Positions 8,803 to 18,585 of a stretch of 64,000 nt of DNA are shown here, in pieces. The DNA lies in IMG/VR virus record IMGVR_UViG_3300032223_001832, positions 8,419-72,418 of that record; one strand, written 5' to 3'. The stretch's first letter is position 1. Each line of letters opens with the position of its first letter. The translations under genes were made by a program, and so were the position numbers. The stretch is from a virus. Below the pieces are notes generated by a model. It was not told the DNA's origin. It ran no database searches and saw only the letters and a program-made list of their open reading frames with translations.

Positions 8803-8964
8803 ATGTACAGTACTACCATGATTATCGAACCAATGGATTATTTAGCCAACATTGATGATTCTGTTAGTAACGAGTATGAGAATCAGCATATTATCTTACG
8901 TGTGGTCGGGGCTTACTTACTAGGGAAAGCTCTGATTTATGTCTTTAAACACAGAAAAGCTTAA
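8803..8964 (+). CDS. Small hypothetical protein with hydrophobic C-terminal helix
   Basis: AGGAG RBS before the ATG at 8803. Confidence 0.5.
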   Translation: MYSTTMIIEPMDYLANIDDSVSNEYENQHIILRVVGAYLLGKALIYVFKHRKA

Positions 8965-9277
8965 CCCCGTTATTGCGGAGTTCTCCGTAGAGCTATCCGC
9001 ACGCCTTACACCTGTTCTTAAAGAGATGGCTTCCCGTTCTGGTTGGCCGCAACACATTGTCGATGCCTTGCGTGTAGAGGTGGGCAATGATTATATGGTT
9101 CACGTCACACATCCAGGAATTTCAGATGATGAGGTCGACGTCCATGAGTATGGATTTAAAGGTCCAGTTAACTCAGTCATTCGGGTATTCATGAACCGAT
9201 ATAAAAACTATGCCTCAGAGCTATTGGCTCAAGAGTTCGCTCAAAAGATGTTTGATGCACTGGAGGTGTCTTTCTAA
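8939..9277 (+). CDS. Hypothetical neck / tail-completion region protein
   Basis: Position; EYG..P motif; coupled to the next gene. Confidence 0.5.
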   Translation: MSLNTEKLNPVIAEFSVELSARLTPVLKEMASRSGWPQHIVDALRVEVGNDYMVHVTHPGISDDEVDVHEYGFKGPVNSVIRVFMNRYKNYASELLAQEFAQKMFDALEVSF

Positions 9278-9900
9278 TGGGTAACCCATTTATCATTGCA
9301 GAAGACGATGCCCTTAAAGCTCATCTTCAAGGTATGGTCGTCGCAGACGAATCAAATAGAAACCGCCAAGTAAAAGCGTGGTTTGGCTACCCAGACGTTG
9401 AAGTCCGTCAATTAACTTTTCCATTTGTAACGATTGATTTAATTGATATTAGCCCAGCAAACGAACGCCAGACGTCGGGGCGTCTTGCAGACGGTAATTA
9501 CCTAGGTACAGCAGTACCAGTTCAAAACCATTATTACACTTACGACGTACCAGTGGCCTATGACCTTGTTTATCAAATTACTACCTATGCGCGTAACCCA
9601 CGCCACGACAGAGCAATCATGTTTCAGATGCTCGATAAGTTTCCATCAAAGTACGGATACCTTGTAGTACCTGAGCAAGTTGGCTCAAACACTACAAGTC
9701 GTTCTATGTTTCTTGATGGGTTTGCCAAGAGAGATGCGGTAGAAGGTGAGACTGGAAATCGCCGTCTTTTGAGGAACATTTATACTGTACGAGTGATAAG
9801 CCAAATGCTACCAGCTGCGGCTCAAGCTATTGCAGTACAAACTGTAAATGTAAACACTACTACACCGCATATCCCGTCCCGATACGTACCGATTCACTAA
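9277..9900 (+). CDS. Tail terminator / sheath stabiliser (Pvc16/DUF4255-like)
   Basis: FPFVTIDLxDI..ER and PxAYDLxYQITTY motifs; directly before the sheath gene. Confidence 0.6.
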   Translation: MGNPFIIAEDDALKAHLQGMVVADESNRNRQVKAWFGYPDVEVRQLTFPFVTIDLIDISPANERQTSGRLADGNYLGTAVPVQNHYYTYDVPVAYDLVYQITTYARNPRHDRAIMFQMLDKFPSKYGYLVVPEQVGSNTTSRSMFLDGFAKRDAVEGETGNRRLLRNIYTVRVISQMLPAAAQAIAVQTVNVNTTTPHIPSRYVPIH

Positions 9901-9935
9901 ACGTAACCTAAGAATAAAAATAAGGAGATAATCTA

Positions 9936-11459
9936 ATGGCAACATTCTCACGCCCTGGGGTATACGTTCAAGAGACGTTGAACCCTATTGCACCATTGTC
10001 AGGCCCTAATGCTGACTCAATCGGTGCATTCATGGGTGCTTCAGACAAGGGTCCAGAAGCACCTACTTACATCTCATCTTGGAGCCAGTACACATCTATC
10101 TACGGTGGATGGAACTCAGTAGCATCTAACGTTCTTCCTCTTGCTGTTTATATGTTCTTTACTAACGGTGGAAGCGGCGCATATATCAACCGCGTTACAG
10201 GTTCAGGAGCAGCTGCTGCTACTCGTACCCTTAATGACACTGCTGGTACACCTCACGCTACTTTAGTTGTTAGCGCAAGCAGCAAAGGCTCATGGGGAAC
10301 CAACATCAACGTAAGCGTAACCGCTTCAACTATTACTGGTTACTTTAACCTTACTGTCTACTACGGTGGAACCACTTCTGCAAACATTGTAGAGCGTTGG
10401 ACAGATATCACAATGGATACTACAAACGCTCGCTATGCAGTATCCACAATTAACGCAGGCTCAACTTACATTACCGTAGCAGATGGTGGCTCAACAGCTT
10501 CAGGCGCTACCCGTAACCCTGCAGTCGCAGCTAACACAACTCTTACAGGTTCAGGTCTAGACGGCGGTTCAATTACAAACTCTACATTTATCTCTGACCT
10601 AAATACTGATGGAACATCAGCATGGGACGGAATTAAACAAACACTTATTCTTAACATCCCAGGATACACAGACGCAGCAACTGTAAACGCAGCTATCGCA
10701 TACGCTGAATACCGCACAGATGTGTTTGTTGTAGTTGACGGCCTTAATGACACAGTAACTGCTCAGCTTGCTGCAGCAGCTACCTACACAGTTTCTTCTC
10801 GTGCAGCTGTCTACTACCCACAAATTACTATCCCAGACCCAACCGCACAAGTCGGTTCATCTTCAGGTCTTACAAAGACAATTGGAGCTGGCGGAGCAGT
10901 AGTCGGTTTGTATGCAGCAACTGACGCATCACGTGGTGTGTTCAAGGCACCTGCAGGTTTGCAAGCAAAGATTGCTGGAGCAGTAAGCGTTCCATCTCTT
11001 ACAAATACAGACCTTGATAACCTAAACACAGCGTCTGCCCCAGTCAACGCTATTAAGTACACACCTGGCGCAGGAATTGTTGTTATGGGTGCACGTACTC
11101 TTAAGCAAGGCTATGTGGACCGTTATGTTCCAGTACGCCGCACACTTATTTACTTGGAAAAGTCTCTTACTGACCTAACTCAGTTTGCAGTCTTTGAGCC
11201 AAATGATGCTCGTCTATGGCGCCGCCTAAACGCTTCAGTAAGCAGTTTCTTAACTGGCTTCTGGAACCAAGGTGGTCTTGCGGGAGCTTCACCTTCTCAA
11301 GCATTCTTTGTGAAGGTTGACTCTGAAAACAACCCACAAGCAAGCATCGATAACGGATATGTAACAATTGAAGTTGGTGTTGCTCTACAGCGTCCAGCTG
11401 AATATGTTGTAATTAAAATTGGTCAGTTTGACGGTGGAACCACCGTTACTGTAGCGTAA
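9936..11459 (+). CDS. Contractile tail sheath protein
   Basis: RPGVYVQE N-terminus, FFxNGG, RGVFKAPAG, VMGARTL, YVPVRR, FEPND, PAEYV. Confidence 0.95.
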   Translation: MATFSRPGVYVQETLNPIAPLSGPNADSIGAFMGASDKGPEAPTYISSWSQYTSIYGGWNSVASNVLPLAVYMFFTNGGSGAYINRVTGSGAAAATRTLNDTAGTPHATLVVSASSKGSWGTNINVSVTASTITGYFNLTVYYGGTTSANIVERWTDITMDTTNARYAVSTINAGSTYITVADGGSTASGATRNPAVAANTTLTGSGLDGGSITNSTFISDLNTDGTSAWDGIKQTLILNIPGYTDAATVNAAIAYAEYRTDVFVVVDGLNDTVTAQLAAAATYTVSSRAAVYYPQITIPDPTAQVGSSSGLTKTIGAGGAVVGLYAATDASRGVFKAPAGLQAKIAGAVSVPSLTNTDLDNLNTASAPVNAIKYTPGAGIVVMGARTLKQGYVDRYVPVRRTLIYLEKSLTDLTQFAVFEPNDARLWRRLNASVSSFLTGFWNQGGLAGASPSQAFFVKVDSENNPQASIDNGYVTIEVGVALQRPAEYVVIKIGQFDGGTTVTVA

Positions 11460-11473
11460 AGGAGAAATAACCA

Positions 11474-12094
11474 ATGTCAATCCCAAATACCGATTTCGGT
11501 TCTACCATTGCGACCGACCCGTTACGCTCGTTTCGGTTCTACGCAGAGTTCTCGCTTCCTAACGAAAAGACTACCCCTACAGGTGCAAAGGGCGCTCTTA
11601 GCGCCAAGATTGTAGATGGATGGGTAGGAGGCTTTGCAAGTATTGATGGTCTTAACATCAATACTCAAGCAATCCCTTATCGTGAAGGTGGCTTCAATAC
11701 TACTGTCCACCAGATTCCTGGTATGACAACTTTCCAACCTGTTACGTTCTCTCGTGGCGTTATTGCTGGAAATGACCAAGCTATGACCTGGATGCGCGGT
11801 ATGTTTGCTGCAGCAGCTGGTAATGGTATTTCTTCTTCAGCAGCTAACAGCTTCCGCGTAAACATCACTGTTTACGTACAGAACCACCCAGACGCTGGAA
11901 CATCTAACACTGATAAAATGGCGTTTAAGATTCACAATGCGTGGATTACAGGCCTTAACTACTCAACGCTAGATGCTACTAACGGAGCTATTTTGTTCGA
12001 AACAATGACCCTCACACACGAAGGTCTTTCAGTGTTCTTCACAAGCGCTGATGGAACAAAGTCCGCTGACGGAACAGCAATTTCTTCCCTCTAA
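11474..12094 (+). CDS. Tail tube protein (T4 gp19-like)
   Basis: DPLRSFRF, GFxSIxGL, YREGG..HQIPG..F.PVTxxRG, ExxxLxHEG. Confidence 0.9.
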   Translation: MSIPNTDFGSTIATDPLRSFRFYAEFSLPNEKTTPTGAKGALSAKIVDGWVGGFASIDGLNINTQAIPYREGGFNTTVHQIPGMTTFQPVTFSRGVIAGNDQAMTWMRGMFAAAAGNGISSSAANSFRVNITVYVQNHPDAGTSNTDKMAFKIHNAWITGLNYSTLDATNGAILFETMTLTHEGLSVFFTSADGTKSADGTAISSL

Positions 12095-12119
12095 TAACAC
12101 ATACATAGGAGAATAAAAC

Positions 12120-12914
12120 GTGTCAGAAGTTATAACAGATGCAGCATTAATTCAACAATTAGCTTCAAAGGCGATGGAGGAGCCTGCAGCAGTCATTAAG
12201 ACTGAGGCTCCTTCAGCGTCTGAAGTACAACTCCCAGGTGGTTTTATAGAACAGAATGGTGAATTGATTACTACAGCAGAAGTTAAAGAGCTTACAGGAG
12301 CTGACGAAGAAGCTATTGCGCGAGCAGGCTCTTCTTCTAAATCCTTTAACGTTCTTTTGCAACGTGGCCTAGTAAAGCTTGGCAGCCGTGATGTTAGAAA
12401 AGAAGACTTAGAGAACCTTTTATCTGGTGACCGCGACTCAATTCTTTTGGGAATCCGTCGAGTTACTTTTGGAAAAGACCTTAAGTTGGCAGGTCGTTGC
12501 GGCAGCTGCAACAGCGAACAAACCCTTGTAATTGATTTAATTAAAGATGTTCCAGTCAAGGCTCTAGAGAACCCTATCGAAGACCGAGTCTGGGATGTAG
12601 AAATTTCTTCAGGAGTAGCTCGAGTAGCTCTTCCTACAGGAACAGTTCAGAAGAAGCTTGTTGAAAACGTAGATAAGACGTCTGCCGAAATTAATACACT
12701 TCTTCTCACAGGCTGTATTTTGTCTGTAAACAACCGTCCTTCGTCTGGAGCGTTTACCGCACTAAACCTAGGTATGGCTGACCGCAGCAAGATTATTGAC
12801 GAACTTCTAGAACGTAACCCAGGCCCACGCCTTGGGGAGGTGAAGAAAGCTTGTCAGGCATGTGGTGAGGATATCGCTCTACCGCTTAGCTTGCTAGATT
12901 TGTTTCGCTTCTAA
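12120..12914 (+). CDS. Tail assembly chaperone / baseplate hub assembly protein (T4 gp26-like, two CxxC)
   Basis: LPGG, ELTGxDEE, LLxGDR..LLGIRRxTFG, CxxC twice; lies between tube and tape measure. Confidence 0.75.
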   Translation: MSEVITDAALIQQLASKAMEEPAAVIKTEAPSASEVQLPGGFIEQNGELITTAEVKELTGADEEAIARAGSSSKSFNVLLQRGLVKLGSRDVRKEDLENLLSGDRDSILLGIRRVTFGKDLKLAGRCGSCNSEQTLVIDLIKDVPVKALENPIEDRVWDVEISSGVARVALPTGTVQKKLVENVDKTSAEINTLLLTGCILSVNNRPSSGAFTALNLGMADRSKIIDELLERNPGPRLGEVKKACQACGEDIALPLSLLDLFRF

Positions 12915-13059
12915 CGATGCAGACTACGAAGAACTATTAGACCAGTACGAAGTTTTAACAAGAACTTTTACTGGTTGGTCTTTAGCAGATATACGTAACT
13001 TGTCTGTTAGAGATAGAAGTAACTGGATTGAAAGAGCTCAACGATACAATAGGAGGTAG
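12904..13059 (+). CDS. Start-less +1-frame ORF: probable frameshifted C-terminal extension of the tail chaperone
   Basis: FASNDADYEELLDQYEVLTRTFTGWSLADIRNLSVRDRSNWIERAQRYNRR*. The GWS.xDI..L...xR..W motif is typical of chaperone extensions. An in-frame TAG lies at 12895-12897 and no start codon precedes the motif. Confidence 0.65.
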   Translation, partial: FASNDADYEELLDQYEVLTRTFTGWSLADIRNLSVRDRSNWIERAQRYNRR

Positions 13060-13061
13060 TT

Positions 13062-15236
13062 ATGGACAGTAAGTCCAGCATGAACCTTGGTGGCGGAAAC
13101 GTCAGCAACCAAATTGTTGATGCGCTGCGCCAATTAACAACCTTTTCTAGCGCAGTTGACACTTCCCTTAAGCCTCGTTTGCAAGGCGTACTTAATCTTG
13201 TTACTCAGATTGGCCATGAAGTTGGTAAGTGGAATGCGGGTGGGGCATCTGGCGCAGGGGCTGGAGCTTCTAGCGGCCGTGTAGCACCCGCACCTCCAAA
13301 CGTAGGAGGCCACGGAGGAAACGCTGAATCTACAAGCGTTGCCCCAACACCTCCAGGAGCTAGTGCAACTAGCGGTGGAGGCGGAGGATATGGTGGCTAC
13401 AAGATTGCCGCTGCAGCTGCGGCTGCTCCTATTGCTAGAGCTCTTAATGAAGCAGCAACAATAAACGCTGGAAAGAACACTCAGCTATTCCATCAAGACA
13501 TGTACACCAACAATGCGCGTTCTTGGGGTATGGGAAACATGCAAAATACCCACTTCATTGACGCTAATGGCAATGACACTACTTACAAGATTGCACCGCA
13601 CAATAGCGTAGCTGGTCAAAACAACAACATAACTAATATTCAAAACACCCTTAACCGTAAGGGAACTATTCTTGACCCTCTAGACACAGCGCGTATGCTC
13701 GCTACTCTTGGTCAAACAGGTATGGCTGGAGCCACTAACCTTAACCAGCTATTAATCGGTCAAGCGCAAATGACCAACATTCTCCCTGGAACATCCATGG
13801 TTCAGAGCATGCAAGCTGCTCGCGCTATGCAACAGGGCAGCAACGTAAACAATCTTCGTGGAGCTTTTGGCATCAACATCCGAGGTCAAGACGGCTCTAT
13901 GAAATCTGTGCCGCAGGTAGTTGATGAGATTTGGCGTAAGTTAACCCAAGGTAAAAAGGGAACTACTGCTATCTCTAAGCAGGACATCCTTCTTGCTGCA
14001 GAGCCAGGTAACTCTATTGACTCCATGCTTAACCAGTACTTTAACAACGACAATATCTTACGTCAGCAAGTTCTTGAAGGGCTTATGGTCAAGGCTGACA
14101 CTGGCGGCAACATCCCACTTGCAGATGTTTCTAAAAAGACTTTGCAAAAGCTTGGATATAGTACTGCGGCAATGAACGCCCACAGCAACAAAACAGCCCA
14201 AGACTCACGCAATATGCAACAGATTGCTGGTTCTGCGATGGCTGGGTACGCGTTTAGTGAAAACGTGGACGCTAACTTAGCCAAAATTGCTGACGCTCTT
14301 ACTCCACTTCGTGACATTGCGTCATTCTTGGGCGGAGCCTCAAATGGTATTGGTTCTATCTTAAAGCTGGTCAATAACCCTGTTAGTTCTATTTGGGGCA
14401 TGATTACAGGTAAAGCTACTGGTGGACCTGTAGACGGTAAGACACCATATATCGTAGGTGAAAAGGGACCTGAGCTCTTTGTTCCTTCTAACGATGGGAC
14501 CATCATCCCAAACCATGACCTTCCAGGTGGAATTAACCGAGAATCTGGCGGAGGAGTTTCTAGCAAAGGTGCTTCAGGTAAAGCTTTAGCTTTATCTTTG
14601 CAAAAGTACTTAATATCTGCAGGTCTTCCAGCAAACTCTGCCACAGGTATCGTAGGAAATCTTATTGCAGAATCTGGTCTTCGTACAACCGCAGTAGGCG
14701 ACAACGGAACCTCTTACGGGCTTGCTCAATGGCACGCTGGTCGCTGGGAAAACCTAAACACCTTTGCCGATAAACACAAAATTGCAGCGTCCTCTATGGA
14801 TGCTCAAGAGCAGTTCTTAATTAACGAACTTAAAAATAATAAAGGATTGTGGAAGACATTAACTAATAGTAAAATTAGTGAAGGCGATGCAGCTGCTGCA
14901 TTTATGCGCAAGTTTGAACGTCCACTAGACCAAAGCGACCGAGCAGCTGCTGCACGAGCAGCTCTTGGAGCAAACGCTATTGCTGGAAAATGGGACCCAA
15001 CTATTACCCCAGGTGGTAATTCAGGAGCACCAACTTCAGGGTTTAGCAACTCTGCTTACCTAAACAGTTGGAATAACGCTGGAGCACATGTTGCTAACGC
15101 AAGCAATGGCGGTAATACCCATAACTACGGCGGAGTTCAAATCACAGTTAATGGTGCAAACCATAGCCCAGAAGCTCTTGCAAACGCATTAAAGGCAATG
15201 CTAGCTGACCCGAACGCAATGTTAGGACAAGCATAA
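13062..15236 (+). CDS. Tape measure protein with phage tail lysozyme domain
   Basis: GGAGG RBS; long helical Ala/Gly/Gln-rich ORF; ATGGPV..YIVGEKGPELFVP; lysozyme motifs GIVGNLIAESG, GLAQW, FERP. Confidence 0.85.
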   Translation: MDSKSSMNLGGGNVSNQIVDALRQLTTFSSAVDTSLKPRLQGVLNLVTQIGHEVGKWNAGGASGAGAGASSGRVAPAPPNVGGHGGNAESTSVAPTPPGASATSGGGGGYGGYKIAAAAAAAPIARALNEAATINAGKNTQLFHQDMYTNNARSWGMGNMQNTHFIDANGNDTTYKIAPHNSVAGQNNNITNIQNTLNRKGTILDPLDTARMLATLGQTGMAGATNLNQLLIGQAQMTNILPGTSMVQSMQAARAMQQGSNVNNLRGAFGINIRGQDGSMKSVPQVVDEIWRKLTQGKKGTTAISKQDILLAAEPGNSIDSMLNQYFNNDNILRQQVLEGLMVKADTGGNIPLADVSKKTLQKLGYSTAAMNAHSNKTAQDSRNMQQIAGSAMAGYAFSENVDANLAKIADALTPLRDIASFLGGASNGIGSILKLVNNPVSSIWGMITGKATGGPVDGKTPYIVGEKGPELFVPSNDGTIIPNHDLPGGINRESGGGVSSKGASGKALALSLQKYLISAGLPANSATGIVGNLIAESGLRTTAVGDNGTSYGLAQWHAGRWENLNTFADKHKIAASSMDAQEQFLINELKNNKGLWKTLTNSKISEGDAAAAFMRKFERPLDQSDRAAAARAALGANAIAGKWDPTITPGGNSGAPTSGFSNSAYLNSWNNAGAHVANASNGGNTHNYGGVQITVNGANHSPEALANALKAMLADPNAMLGQA

Positions 15237-15237
15237 A

Positions 15238-16476
15238 ATGGCAGTTAAAAAACCAACAAAACCAGCAACTACAACTTATGGCGCCACAGCGCCCGTCTAC
15301 GGTGGGGGATATGGCTACACTAGTTCAGGGCAGTATGGAGCTTCCGCGCCTGTGTATGGCGGTTATGGCGGATATAACGTTAGTGCAGCAGTGGCTACTG
15401 TTCCAAGCCCACCTGACAAAAAAGTACCACCTAAAACCCCTGTAACGTTAAATCGTTTAACCCCAGACGGTTTTAAATTTAATTTGCCTCCTCACTCTTA
15501 TAGTTTGCCTTTGTTACCTGATGCTATTAATTTGCCAATATATGGCGATAAAAAAAGCGCAGTAAAGTTAAGTGGCGTTGAGTACCAACAGTACGGAATC
15601 AATGCTTACTCTAATGTAACCACTAACAAAGATAAAACCACTGACACTCAGTGGTATCAACGCGTTCAATTAGGCAAAGACCATAACAAACTTAGCCATG
15701 GAGCTCGCCGAGGCATTATGTGGTTTTTCAACTCTTCTGACCAGATTTCTGGTGGAGGCGCTTCTGAAGGTTATAGTGCACCTGCTCAAGCTACAACAAA
15801 TATTACTACAAACCCAAAAAGCCCTGGCAAGGTGACCGCTCAACAGTCACCAAACAACCCTGAGCTTTACAATTGGGGTTTTCAATTCTTATGGAATCCT
15901 ACAGATATTTCTGTAGCAATGTCCCGTAACAATGACGTAACCCCTACAGCCGCAGACCGTTTTACAACCGTAGCGGGCATGTTCCCTGGACAAGAAACTA
16001 TTTCTTTTACTCTGCAATTAGACAGAACTTGGGATTTTGCATGCTTTAAAAAGTACAGTGGGAATGACAATAATTTAGTTGATTTTTACAGCGGAAATGA
16101 GTACGAAAACTCAAGCAGAGTTGTCTCAATGGTAGACAAAATTCGTGAACTTAAAAAACTAGGTACCAACCATGACATTGAGTATCTTCTTAGAGCAATC
16201 AACGGTAACGGTGATAGTTCTAGAAACGATATCTGGCAAAATGGTTTAAAGCGCCAAACAGCAGATATTGGGTATTTACAGCCTAACGCAATGGCTGTAA
16301 GATTTGGCCCAACAATTGACAGCATGTCTTATGTAGGGTGGATTAGCAGTTTACAAATCCAACATACAGCTTTTACAGAAGATATGATTCCAATTAGAAG
16401 TACTGTTCAAATTTCAATGGATTGCTTTGCCGCGTCCTCATTGGTCTCCAGCAACTACCCAGAAAAGAAGAAATAA
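15238..16476 (+). CDS. Tail tube initiator / baseplate hub-associated protein
   Basis: FQFLWNPT, ISFTLQLDR, G-x-ISSLQIQHxxF...PIRSTVQI pattern; follows the tape measure gene. Confidence 0.6.
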   Translation: MAVKKPTKPATTTYGATAPVYGGGYGYTSSGQYGASAPVYGGYGGYNVSAAVATVPSPPDKKVPPKTPVTLNRLTPDGFKFNLPPHSYSLPLLPDAINLPIYGDKKSAVKLSGVEYQQYGINAYSNVTTNKDKTTDTQWYQRVQLGKDHNKLSHGARRGIMWFFNSSDQISGGGASEGYSAPAQATTNITTNPKSPGKVTAQQSPNNPELYNWGFQFLWNPTDISVAMSRNNDVTPTAADRFTTVAGMFPGQETISFTLQLDRTWDFACFKKYSGNDNNLVDFYSGNEYENSSRVVSMVDKIRELKKLGTNHDIEYLLRAINGNGDSSRNDIWQNGLKRQTADIGYLQPNAMAVRFGPTIDSMSYVGWISSLQIQHTAFTEDMIPIRSTVQISMDCFAASSLVSSNYPEKKK

Positions 16477-16480
16477 TCAA

Positions 16481-16762
16481 ATGACTATTTTTATAAACTC
16501 TCGGTATGAGTACTCAAACGTAGATTACGTATCTACTAAGCCAAACGGAACACCTAATCCAATTGTTTTTTATTCGTTTTCTAATTTGGGATTAATTAAC
16601 TACTTTCAGCACGTTTACGTAGAAGGAGAGCGCTTAGACCAATTGGCGTTTAAATACTATGGAAACCCTGAAGCTTGGTGGATGATTCCTGAGTACAACC
16701 CAGAAATTAGTGATTTTACAAACATTGTTCCAGGAACTGTGTTAAGGATTGTAAATGCGTAG
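16481..16762 (+). CDS. LysM-like / tail X-like baseplate protein
   Basis: SRY...GERLDQLAFKYYGNPEAWWMIPEYNP...PGTVLRI. Confidence 0.8.
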   Translation: MTIFINSRYEYSNVDYVSTKPNGTPNPIVFYSFSNLGLINYFQHVYVEGERLDQLAFKYYGNPEAWWMIPEYNPEISDFTNIVPGTVLRIVNA

Positions 16763-18101
16763 TTATGTAAACGTTGTCTTCCCTGAGTTATCAAATAACC
16801 CAGCAAGACTGTACTCAGCAACTATTTACCAAAAAAAGTACGAACACGAGGTTGCTGTTTTAAAGTTTAGAGATTGGGGCGTTGAATACGATTCTGTTGC
16901 ATCTGGTGCTTTAGTATCTATTCATATTGGGGCACAAGGCAGTGAACGATTACTGCACGGATACGTCCACCACGTAAAAGTAAACAGAACCCCAGGAACA
17001 TTTTTTACAGAAGTTACTGTGGTTGGGGCATCCTTTACCATGAAACAACAAACTCAAGCTGTGTATCGTAATTTGACGGCAGATGCTGTAATTAAACAGA
17101 TTGGTCAAAAACACGGCTTTGTTGTCAAAGCTACACCTCATCCCAGAGTGTACCCACAGATTACGCAGGCAGGGCATACAGACTGGGAAATGTGCGTTCG
17201 TCTAGCTAAACAATGCGGCTACACTTTGCGTACAGAAAACACAGAACTTTACTTTGAGCCTATTCTCAAAGAGTTTACTGAAACAAGAAGCCAAGCTCCT
17301 AGATTTGTTATGCGACATGAGAGCAGCCATGAAGGCTCAACCATTTACTCGTTTACACCTATGATTGGTGAATCTTTACCTTTTGAAGACGCTTTTAAAT
17401 CCGCAGTTGCTATTGCAGGTGTGGATAAAAACTCGTCATCAGTTATGTCCGTGACTCAGCAAACACGAAATAAGAAAACTCGCAAAAAAACAACTCCTGA
17501 ATTCTTTGACCGTTTTGCTACGGATATTGTTGCTATGGACCCTGAAACAGCTCAACACGAAACTGAGGCAGCTGAGCACAGAAACACTTTTCCTTATAGA
17601 GCAACCGTAGAAGTTTTGGGCGACCCAACCCTTCATCCTAATATGCCTGTGTATTTAGATGGATTGGGCACTGACTACACAGGTCATTGGATTATTTTAG
17701 GAACAGAGCACAAGGTAGTAGAAAGCGGTAAAAACGTACAAGTCTTTACCACAATTCTTCATGTTGGAATTGACTCTTTAGGAGAAGCTGACAGATGGAC
17801 AGACAACAATGTTGTTAACGTTCCTGCTGGAAAACGCTCTAGAGTAATTCAGCCTAACGTGTTTCAGTCTAATGTTAAACCCCAAACAAAGCTGTTAACC
17901 ACCCACAAAAAGATTGGACCTCAACAGTCCGCTCCATTTGGCAATATTAAAAATAGAGCTATGCCTACTGTAAACGGTGTACAAGCCACAGGGTCTAAGT
18001 GGAAAACTAATACGGCTTCACTAGATAATATAATTTACCACTCAGACCAGACACCAGCAGTAGTCAAAGACAGGTACAGAAAGGCGGTCTCTCGTGGGTA
18101 A
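16755..18101 (+). CDS. Baseplate hub protein (gpD / gp27-like)
   Basis: QAGHTDWEMCVRLAKQCGY; VLGDPTLHP...LDGLG...GHW.I....H. Confidence 0.8.
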   Translation: MRSYVNVVFPELSNNPARLYSATIYQKKYEHEVAVLKFRDWGVEYDSVASGALVSIHIGAQGSERLLHGYVHHVKVNRTPGTFFTEVTVVGASFTMKQQTQAVYRNLTADAVIKQIGQKHGFVVKATPHPRVYPQITQAGHTDWEMCVRLAKQCGYTLRTENTELYFEPILKEFTETRSQAPRFVMRHESSHEGSTIYSFTPMIGESLPFEDAFKSAVAIAGVDKNSSSVMSVTQQTRNKKTRKKTTPEFFDRFATDIVAMDPETAQHETEAAEHRNTFPYRATVEVLGDPTLHPNMPVYLDGLGTDYTGHWIILGTEHKVVESGKNVQVFTTILHVGIDSLGEADRWTDNNVVNVPAGKRSRVIQPNVFQSNVKPQTKLLTTHKKIGPQQSAPFGNIKNRAMPTVNGVQATGSKWKTNTASLDNIIYHSDQTPAVVKDRYRKAVSRG

Positions 18102-18585
18102 TGAAGATAAAAGATTTTATGGCATTTACAACGGCATCTGCACAGACAACGACGACCCAGACAATCTTTATAAGATTAAACTTCAAGTACCTCAGATACT
18201 TGGGGAAGAGATAACTGAATGGGCGCCACCTTGCCTACCAGTAATGTCAGACGCTGAGCACAATGACCACGTTGCCCACACAGCAGCACAGGTTGCAGCA
18301 CTTCTCACATCCCACTCAATATCAGGTACTACTAGTGGCGCTTCTGCGGGAACTGCCCACACCCATACGTTTTCTGCTACCGCAGCCCATGCGGGTGGTT
18401 CGGGCTCCTTAAAGCACCCACACATGACCAGTTCAGACCCTTTGATGACAGATGGCTCCGAATTAGGTTTAACCGCGGCCGAGCACACGTATCACCGTAA
18501 AGTTCCAAATGTAGGTCAAAAAGTATGGGTTATGTTTGTAGCAGGAGACCCTAACTTTCCAATATGGATGGGAGTTCATTTCTAA
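18094..18585 (+). CDS. Baseplate spike protein (gp5/gpV OB-fold) with His-rich insertion
   Basis: RFYGIYxG..NxDP....IKLQVP...WAPPC and VPxVGQKVWVMFxxGDPNFPIWMG. Confidence 0.8.
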   Translation: MGNEDKRFYGIYNGICTDNDDPDNLYKIKLQVPQILGEEITEWAPPCLPVMSDAEHNDHVAHTAAQVAALLTSHSISGTTSGASAGTAHTHTFSATAAHAGGSGSLKHPHMTSSDPLMTDGSELGLTAAEHTYHRKVPNVGQKVWVMFVAGDPNFPIWMGVHF

